From the IMG/VR virus record IMGVR_UViG_3300042308_001049, positions 66,564-130,563 of that record: a stretch of DNA of 64,000 nt; one strand, 5' to 3'. Positions 57,488 to 64,000 of this stretch are shown here, piece by piece. The notes under the pieces were generated by a model that searched no databases, had not been told where the DNA came from, and saw only the letters and a list, made by a program, of their open reading frames with translations. Source of the DNA: a virus. The stretch's first letter is position 1; every line of letters begins with the position of its first letter. A program made the translations under genes and the position numbers.

Positions 57488-59194
57488 ATGGCAGAAACTT
57501 TAATTTCACCTGGAGTATTAGCTAGAGAAAATGACCAGTCATTTATCACGCAACAACCTGTAACTGTAGGAGCAGCTATTATAGGCCCAACTGTAAAAGG
57601 CCCATACCAAATTCCTACTGTAGTTACTACTTACTCAGATTACTTAAATAAGTTTGGTGGATCTTTCCTAAGTGGTGGTCAAGAATACAGCTATTTTACT
57701 CAAATTGCTGCTTACAATTATTTCCAACAAGGTGGACAAAGCCTATTGATAGCTAGAGTAGCTTCAGGATCATGGGCTTCTGCCACAGGATCTATTTTAG
57801 CTATTAACACCTCAGCTTCATTTACTTTAAAGACTATCTCTGAAGGCACTATCATGAATAGTGTAGGACCAACAGGTTCAAATGGTACTTTAGATAGTGG
57901 ATCTACTGATAACATCAGATGGCAAATCACTAACGTAGATACTGGTTCAGGTCAATTTAGCTTACTAATTAGACAAGGTAATGATACAACTACAGAACCA
58001 ATTGTACTTGAAACTTGGACTAACCTATCACTTGATCCAACCCAAGATAATTACATTGCTAGAGTAATTGGTGATAGTTATCAAACATATGATTCAGTTG
58101 AAAATTATGTAAAAGTAGTTGGTAGCTTCCCAAATAATTCTAGATATGTTTACGTATCAACTGTAGCTAATCCTACTCCATTCTATTTTGATAATAATGG
58201 TGTAGCTAAAGCTGCATTTACTCCATACATGCCTGCGACTGCTAGTGGTGCATTTGGTGGTGGTTTAGGAGACTTATATTACGCTTCAGGTCCTGCTTTA
58301 TACTACTCAGCGTCAAATGGTACCACAAATCTTCAAGGTATAAATGCTACTGATTATAATGAAATGATCACATTAATGTCTAATCAGGATGATTACAGAT
58401 TTAATGTAATTTCAGTTCCTGGTTTAACATTACAAGACAATACAGCTCAAACAACAGCTTTAGTAAATGTAGTTCAATCTAGAGGTGATGCTATTGCAGT
58501 ACTTGATCCTAGCCCATATGATGCAAAAATTACACAAGTAATTACAGATGCTTCAGCTGTAAATAGTTCATATGCCGCCGCATATTGGCCATGGTTACAA
58601 ACAATTGATCCAGGTACTGGCCAGTTAGTATGGGTACCAGCTTCAACTATGATTCCGGCTGTATACGCGTTTACTGACAGTGTATCTGAACCATGGTTTG
58701 CACCTGCTGGAATTAACCGTGGTGGATTAGATACTGTAGTAAGAGCCGAAAGAAAACTAAGCCAAACTAACCGTAATGATCTATACACAGGTAATATAAA
58801 CCCAATTGCAACCTTCCCCGGTACTGGAGTTGTAGTATATGGTCAGAAAACATTACAGAAAAAAGCATCTGCACTTGATCGTGTAAATGTACGTAGATTG
58901 TTAATCGCACTTAAGTCTTACATCTCTCAAGTAGCAAACAACTTGGTGTTTGAACAAAACACAATTGCTACAAGAAACCAATTCTTAAGCCAAGTTAACC
59001 CATACTTAGAATCAGTTCAACAACGTCAAGGTTTATATGCATTTAGAGTAATTATGGATGATTCCAATAACACTCCAGATGTAATTGATAGAAACCAGTT
59101 AATCGGTCAGATCTATCTACAACCAACTAAGACTGCTGAATTCATTTACTTAGACTTCAACATCTTACCAACTGGAGCAACCTTCCCAGGTTAA
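57488..59194 (+). CDS. gp18: Tail sheath protein (gp18-like)
   Basis: SPGVLARE, YWPW, PWFAPAGINRG, INPI, GQKT, RVNVRRL, FEQN; TATTTATA at 57455. Confidence 0.95.
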   Translation: MAETLISPGVLARENDQSFITQQPVTVGAAIIGPTVKGPYQIPTVVTTYSDYLNKFGGSFLSGGQEYSYFTQIAAYNYFQQGGQSLLIARVASGSWASATGSILAINTSASFTLKTISEGTIMNSVGPTGSNGTLDSGSTDNIRWQITNVDTGSGQFSLLIRQGNDTTTEPIVLETWTNLSLDPTQDNYIARVIGDSYQTYDSVENYVKVVGSFPNNSRYVYVSTVANPTPFYFDNNGVAKAAFTPYMPATASGAFGGGLGDLYYASGPALYYSASNGTTNLQGINATDYNEMITLMSNQDDYRFNVISVPGLTLQDNTAQTTALVNVVQSRGDAIAVLDPSPYDAKITQVITDASAVNSSYAAAYWPWLQTIDPGTGQLVWVPASTMIPAVYAFTDSVSEPWFAPAGINRGGLDTVVRAERKLSQTNRNDLYTGNINPIATFPGTGVVVYGQKTLQKKASALDRVNVRRLLIALKSYISQVANNLVFEQNTIATRNQFLSQVNPYLESVQQRQGLYAFRVIMDDSNNTPDVIDRNQLIGQIYLQPTKTAEFIYLDFNILPTGATFPG

Positions 59195-59240
59195 AAGTTG
59201 TAATTGATAATATTTATAATAAAATAAATAATATAGCAAA

Positions 59241-59729
59241 ATGGCAGTATTAGACCCAAACGAAATATTTTTCACAGCGTTTGAACCAAAACAGGCGAAC
59301 CGCTTTATCATGTACATTGATGGTATTCCATCATACACAATTAAAGCAATCGGTGCTGTAACTTTAACTCAAGGAACTGTACCTTTGAACCACATTAACG
59401 TTCAACGTTTTGTGAAAGGTAAAACAGTTTGGAACCCAATCCAGTTCACATTATTTGATCCTATCACACCTTCAGGTGCTCAGGCAGTAATGGAATGGGT
59501 ACGTTTACATCACGAATCAGTAACTGGTAGAGATGGTTACTCAGACTTCTACAAGAAAGACTTAACTTTTGATGTATTAGGACCTGTAGGTGATATTGTT
59601 TCTGAATGGGTTATCAAAGGTGCTTTAATTACTGATGCTAACTTTGGTGATTATTCATGGGATACTGTTGATACAGCTATTAACATTACAATGACTGTTC
59701 AACCAGACTATTGTGTATTGAACTTCTAA
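59241..59729 (+). CDS. gp19: Tail tube protein (gp19-like)
   Basis: Follows the sheath gene; EPKQANRF...W...YKKD...W.IKGA pattern. Confidence 0.85.
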   Translation: MAVLDPNEIFFTAFEPKQANRFIMYIDGIPSYTIKAIGAVTLTQGTVPLNHINVQRFVKGKTVWNPIQFTLFDPITPSGAQAVMEWVRLHHESVTGRDGYSDFYKKDLTFDVLGPVGDIVSEWVIKGALITDANFGDYSWDTVDTAINITMTVQPDYCVLNF

Positions 59730-59754
59730 TAGAAATTCAAATAAATTTAAATTT

Positions 59755-59782
59755 GAGCTTGGCTTTGCCAAGCTCTTTTTTT
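59755..59782 (+). terminator. Intrinsic terminator overlapping promoter-like motifs
   Basis: GAGCTTGGC-TTT-GCCAAGCTC plus T7; CTTG-N20-TATATT and TATGTATA overlap it. Confidence 0.75.
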
Positions 59783-59828
59783 ATATTATATGTATAATAG
59801 ACAAACTAGTTTTATTAAATAAAAATTT

Positions 59829-60551
59829 ATGAACGAAACAAAATTCCCTACAGAAATTGTAGAATTACCTTCAAAAGGTCTTGTTTACCCAGCAGATCAT
59901 CCTCTACACAGTGGTAAAGTAGAAATGAAATACATGACTGCTAAAGAAGAAGATATTCTTACCAACCAAAACTATATTCAAAAAGGTATTGTTCTAGATA
60001 AGCTTTTAGAAGCTTTAACTATGAATAAATTCAGCCTTAAAGATATGATTACAGGTGATAAAAACTCCTTAATTGTAGCGTCACGTATCTTAGGTTATGG
60101 TAAAGATTATACATTTACTTATGATGGTAAAGAATATAATGTAGATCTTACAACTCTTGATAATAAACCTTTTGATACTTCTTTACTAACTTCAAAGGGC
60201 ACATTCAAATTTATTCTCCCAGTTTCTAAAACTGAAGTAGAATTTAAACTTTTAACAGCTAAAGATGAGGAATTAATTGATCAAGAAATTCAAGGTCTTA
60301 AAAAACTTAACAAAGAATTATCTTCAGAAATTACTACTCGTTTAAAATATCAATTAACAACTGTTGATGGTTCTCAAGATAGAAATGTTATTAAAGAATT
60401 TGTAGAATTTAATTTATTAGCAGCTGATTCAAGAGCGTTAAGACTCTACATTAAAGAAGTAGCTCCTGATGTTAATTTAAGTTTTACTACAGATGGCGGT
60501 GAGGAGGTCGCTATCCCAATTAATCTTAACTTTTTTTGGCCTGACCTCTGA
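59829..60551 (+). CDS. Baseplate hub assembly/tail assembly chaperone (gp26-like)
   Basis: ELPSKG..Y, MTAKEEDIL, RILGYG, FFWP end; between tube and tape measure. Confidence 0.7.
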   Translation: MNETKFPTEIVELPSKGLVYPADHPLHSGKVEMKYMTAKEEDILTNQNYIQKGIVLDKLLEALTMNKFSLKDMITGDKNSLIVASRILGYGKDYTFTYDGKEYNVDLTTLDNKPFDTSLLTSKGTFKFILPVSKTEVEFKLLTAKDEELIDQEIQGLKKLNKELSSEITTRLKYQLTTVDGSQDRNVIKEFVEFNLLAADSRALRLYIKEVAPDVNLSFTTDGGEEVAIPINLNFFWPDL

Positions 60552-60816
60552 GATAGTTCCTCAAGTTCGTATGGGTTTATTTAATCAAATTCATGAAATA
60601 ATATTTCATGGTCAAGGTGGTTATGACTATGAAACAGTCTATAACATGCCTATTTGGTTAAGAAAATTTACTTATACTAAAATAACTGAATGGTATAATA
60701 AAACCAATCCAAATAAAAATGAAAATAGTTGGCTCTCAGGTGAAGCTAAAGAAAATGCAGCTAAAAATAAAAAAGTAAAACCTCCTACTTATGTTACGAA
60801 GGCATCCAAAAAGTGA
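60532..60816 (+). CDS. Probable frameshift-accessed C-terminal extension of the chaperone (G-T-like)
   Basis: Frame +1 relative to 59829, overlapping across TTTTTTTGG at 60531-60539; YNMPIWLRKF motif. Confidence 0.55.
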   Translation, partial: FFGLTSEIVPQVRMGLFNQIHEIIFHGQGGYDYETVYNMPIWLRKFTYTKITEWYNKTNPNKNENSWLSGEAKENAAKNKKVKPPTYVTKASKK

Positions 60817-60847
60817 TGCCTTCTAATATTTATAACAAAATATCCTT

Positions 60848-63190
60848 ATGGCTATAGAAGACGAATTATCTAGGGCAGAGAAAGCTTTAAAAGACAGACT
60901 CATTAACGCTGGAAAAGTAGCGAAGGATATTACTAACAAAGCTTTTAAAGAATTAGTTGCTTCTATAAAGGAATATAGTGAATCTCTTGATAAGATAACT
61001 AGTAAATTAGAAGAACAATTAGATCTCTATTCTGAAATAAAAGCCCAAACTATAGGATTTGGGCAAGCTTTACAAAAACAATTACCTTATGTAGAAAAAA
61101 ATAAAGATTTATCTCAAAGATTAATTGGAATCTATAAAGAAGAAAATAAATTATTAGATAAATTAGTCAGATACCAAGAAGATCTTATTACAGGTGAATT
61201 AGATTATAGTCAAGCTGCTAAAGCTGTAGCTGATACTAAAAATTTACAATTTGCTATTGATCAAAGACTTCGTGATATAGGTGATGAGATAAATAAAGTT
61301 ACTGGAGAAATAAAAACAGCTAATGAAGAAGATAAAGATGCTTTAGAAGCTAAATTATTAGCTTTACAAGAAATTAATGATGCTTTAAAAGGTACAAAAA
61401 CTGCCACTAGTGATATAGCCAAGAATTTCCAAGAAATGGCTAATCAATCCCAAGAAGTAGAAGCTTTAACAGGTACTATATTTTCAGGATTACAAAAAAC
61501 TAGTATAGGTAAATTAATAGATTTTGGTTCTGTAACTAAAGCTATGAAAGCTACTAAAGCAGGTGGTGCTAGTACTTTTGCTACTTTAAGTACAGGAGCT
61601 AAAGCATTTGGTGCTTCTTTAAAAGCAGCTTTGGGACCTATTGGTTTAATATTAATAGCCGCCGAAGCTATAAAAAAAGCATTTAACTTTGTTAAAGATG
61701 CTATGTTTGGTGCAGACAAACAAGCTGTTTCTTTACAAAGAAACCTCCAATTAAACAATGAAGAAGCTAATCAATTAAGAAATTATTTTATTGATAACAA
61801 AAATCTCCTTGAAACCCAATATAAGTTAACAGGAGATTTAATTGATGCTCAACTTCAACTTTCTGAAATGAGTTCTTTAGCTAATCTTTATTCATTAGAT
61901 GCTATAGATGCCCAAATCCAATTAACTAAAGAATACAAACTCTCAACTGATGAAGCTACTAAATTAAATGAAATTTTTATTAGTAATGGTGAATCATCAA
62001 CAGAACAATTAAAAGTTGCGGCCCAAGTTAGTGATGAATTTCAAAACCAAACTGGTCTCCAAATTAGACAGCGTGACCTTCTCCAACAGGCTTCAAAGGT
62101 AAGTGGTTTCATGTTGGCAACTTTTAAAGGAAGTAGTAAAGCATTATTTGAGGCTGTAGCTAAAGCTAACCAATTAGGTGTTGAATTAAGTAAAACTGAA
62201 GGGATAGCTGCAAATTTACTTGATTTTGAGCAATCAATTGAAGCTGAATTAACAGCTGAAATGCTTACAGGTAAGGAAATTAATCTTGATAGAGCTAGAT
62301 TATTAGCTATAAATAATGATTTTGCTGGTGCTACTGAAGAAGTTCTTAAAAACTTTAAAGGTATTGAAGAAATTCAAAACATGAACTATATTGTAGCAGA
62401 TCAAATTCAAAAAGTAACAGGTTTAACTAAAGATGACTTAGCAAATGCTTACAGAATACAAAAATTACAAGGTACTGAAGCAGGTAAACAATATGAAAGA
62501 CTAAAAGAAGCTGGTCTTGAAAGCCAAGCCCAAGCCATTCTCAGAGGTGAACTTAATGATAAACAAATAGAACAAGCTAGTAAAGCTCTTGACGCCCAAG
62601 AAAGATTCAATATCCAGCTAGAAAGAGCTAAAGAAATATTTAGTGATTTAGTTGAAGGTGGAGTTTTACAAGGATTAGCCGATGCTCTAGAAGCATTATT
62701 AAATAGTTCACTTATAGCTCCTTATAGAGAACAAGGTGAAGCTAGAAGAATATTTAGAGAATTAGAAGCTAAACAAAAAGAAGGTGCAAATGTAAATTTC
62801 AGTGCTGCCGAATCTGCCTCTGATCAAGTTACTGCTAGTGATTATGGTGTCGGTATTGGGGGTTCTATATTAGCAGGTGCAGGTGTAGGTGCTGGAATTG
62901 GAGCTTTTGGCGCTGGAATTGGGGCCATACCTGGAGCTATTATTGGAGGTCTTTATGGAGGTTTAAGTAGTGCTTTAGGAATTAGTATGGTTGATCGTTA
63001 TAAAGAAGATCAATTAGAACAAGCCCGTCTTGAAGCATCTAAAGTAGGAATTAAAGGATATGGAAATGAAGCTATGTCTAATAATAATTCTGCTAATCCT
63101 CAAAATCAACAAATTATTATACAAAATAATATAACTATGGATAGTGAAACTGTAGCTTCTAATATGAATAGAGTATATATGCCTAGATAA
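60848..63190 (+). CDS. Tape measure protein
   Basis: Long Ala/Leu/Gln-rich helical protein with a Gly-rich hydrophobic segment; position. Confidence 0.8.
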   Translation: MAIEDELSRAEKALKDRLINAGKVAKDITNKAFKELVASIKEYSESLDKITSKLEEQLDLYSEIKAQTIGFGQALQKQLPYVEKNKDLSQRLIGIYKEENKLLDKLVRYQEDLITGELDYSQAAKAVADTKNLQFAIDQRLRDIGDEINKVTGEIKTANEEDKDALEAKLLALQEINDALKGTKTATSDIAKNFQEMANQSQEVEALTGTIFSGLQKTSIGKLIDFGSVTKAMKATKAGGASTFATLSTGAKAFGASLKAALGPIGLILIAAEAIKKAFNFVKDAMFGADKQAVSLQRNLQLNNEEANQLRNYFIDNKNLLETQYKLTGDLIDAQLQLSEMSSLANLYSLDAIDAQIQLTKEYKLSTDEATKLNEIFISNGESSTEQLKVAAQVSDEFQNQTGLQIRQRDLLQQASKVSGFMLATFKGSSKALFEAVAKANQLGVELSKTEGIAANLLDFEQSIEAELTAEMLTGKEINLDRARLLAINNDFAGATEEVLKNFKGIEEIQNMNYIVADQIQKVTGLTKDDLANAYRIQKLQGTEAGKQYERLKEAGLESQAQAILRGELNDKQIEQASKALDAQERFNIQLERAKEIFSDLVEGGVLQGLADALEALLNSSLIAPYREQGEARRIFRELEAKQKEGANVNFSAAESASDQVTASDYGVGIGGSILAGAGVGAGIGAFGAGIGAIPGAIIGGLYGGLSSALGISMVDRYKEDQLEQARLEASKVGIKGYGNEAMSNNNSANPQNQQIIIQNNITMDSETVASNMNRVYMPR

Positions 63191-63225
63191 TAACATATTT
63201 ATAACAAAACCTTAAATTAATTAAA

Positions 63226-63510
63226 ATGGGACTATTAGACAAATTGCTAGATCCAAATGCTGTAGGTGGTACTTCACTTACCGCTTATCATGGAACTACA
63301 CCTCAAATCAATCCATTAGCTACTAAGCAATCCAAATTACATGCTTTTGGAAACGAAGCAGGATATTCAGTAAATGGTAATTTTGCTAACACTGTAAGTG
63401 TTAATTTTACCGCATATAATGATGGGTACAATAATGCTTTACCACAACCATCACAGTTAGATCTTAACGGAAAAACTCCATCTAAGTATTTAGATAATCC
63501 TCCTGGGTAA
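63226..63510 (+). CDS. Small tail/baseplate-region protein
   Basis: TATTTATA at 63196; ends LDLNGKTPSKYLDNPPG. Confidence 0.55.
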   Translation: MGLLDKLLDPNAVGGTSLTAYHGTTPQINPLATKQSKLHAFGNEAGYSVNGNFANTVSVNFTAYNDGYNNALPQPSQLDLNGKTPSKYLDNPPG

Positions 63511-64000
63511 TGCCATTACTACAAATACTTACTGACCCGCAAAACTTTAGGTTTTATGCTGGTGGTAGAGGCCATGTCTCTAACGCCGGATCTTTTGGTC
63601 AGAAAAGTATACCATATGGTGATGACACTAAAGGGGGAGGTTCAAGTAATCAACCTTATATTAAATCTCCAATCCCTGATGCTTTAACAGCTAATCCATC
63701 AGATTATATTTTAAGAGGAGGCTTACTTAATAACACCCAAACCTCAGCTCAAGATGTTAGTAGACTAACTCAAATGTTTACTGACACTAAGTCTACTAAT
63801 GGTTTATTTTTTACCTTAAAGCAGCAACAACTTTCAGCTTCCGCTGTTAGAACTCAAGCTAGTCCAGTATTTGGATTAAATGGACAACTTTATAGTCCAT
63901 TAAACACATTAGCTCAAGCTGGTGTTGTATCTCAAGGTACCCATTTAAATAAGCAAGGTATAAACCCATTTGCTGAGACTGGTGCTTACGCCAATAATGA
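63510..64000 (+). CDS. Baseplate-region protein, 3'-truncated
   Basis: ATG overlaps the previous stop; MPLLQILTDPQNFRFY...; appears open to the window end. Confidence 0.55.
   Translation, partial: MPLLQILTDPQNFRFYAGGRGHVSNAGSFGQKSIPYGDDTKGGGSSNQPYIKSPIPDALTANPSDYILRGGLLNNTQTSAQDVSRLTQMFTDTKSTNGLFFTLKQQQLSASAVRTQASPVFGLNGQLYSPLNTLAQAGVVSQGTHLNKQGINPFAETGAYANN

Noticed and set aside
6805-63196. Short minus-strand ORFs throughout the track
   Set aside because: All overlap convincing plus-strand genes and show no recognisable motifs.
1-64000. Stop-codon reassignment, tRNA genes, integrase or transposase
   Set aside because: The standard code gives full-length, tightly packed genes; no cloverleaf or recombinase motifs were seen.

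Overview
A 64 kb, AT-rich, densely coding, entirely plus-strand segment of a large T4-like (myovirus) bacteriophage. Promoter shape, Shine-Dalgarno-less starts, an Hc1-family gene and a Q-rule signal peptide point to a Bacteroidota host (inference). Order: fibre/baseplate genes (1-4.4 kb); GIY-YIG nuclease, primase and PD-(D/E)XK nuclease; a ~20 kb array of small or mosaic proteins sharing an N-terminal M-x-K-L-x-D-I-L-x-E-like leader and internal [LIVM]-x-E junctions, with enzymes interspersed; a spanin-like pair; terminase, portal, prohead protease, scaffold, major capsid protein, PhoH and neck genes; a 1596-aa collagen-like fibre and three Cys-rich S74-chaperone fibres; a sulfotransferase/glycosyltransferase/2OG-oxygenase cassette; then sheath, tube, a chaperone pair with a probable frameshift, and the tape measure. 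Best candidates for new biology: (1) a capsid-cargo system whose predicted protease-cleavage sites are also the junctions where modules were duplicated or inserted; (2) a virion-decoration system (Thr/Gln collagen, [S/T]-G-S-rich surface proteins, adjacent modifying enzymes); (3) several compact intergenic RNA structures and two promoter classes that divide the genes. All functional calls come from motif recognition by eye; no searches were run.
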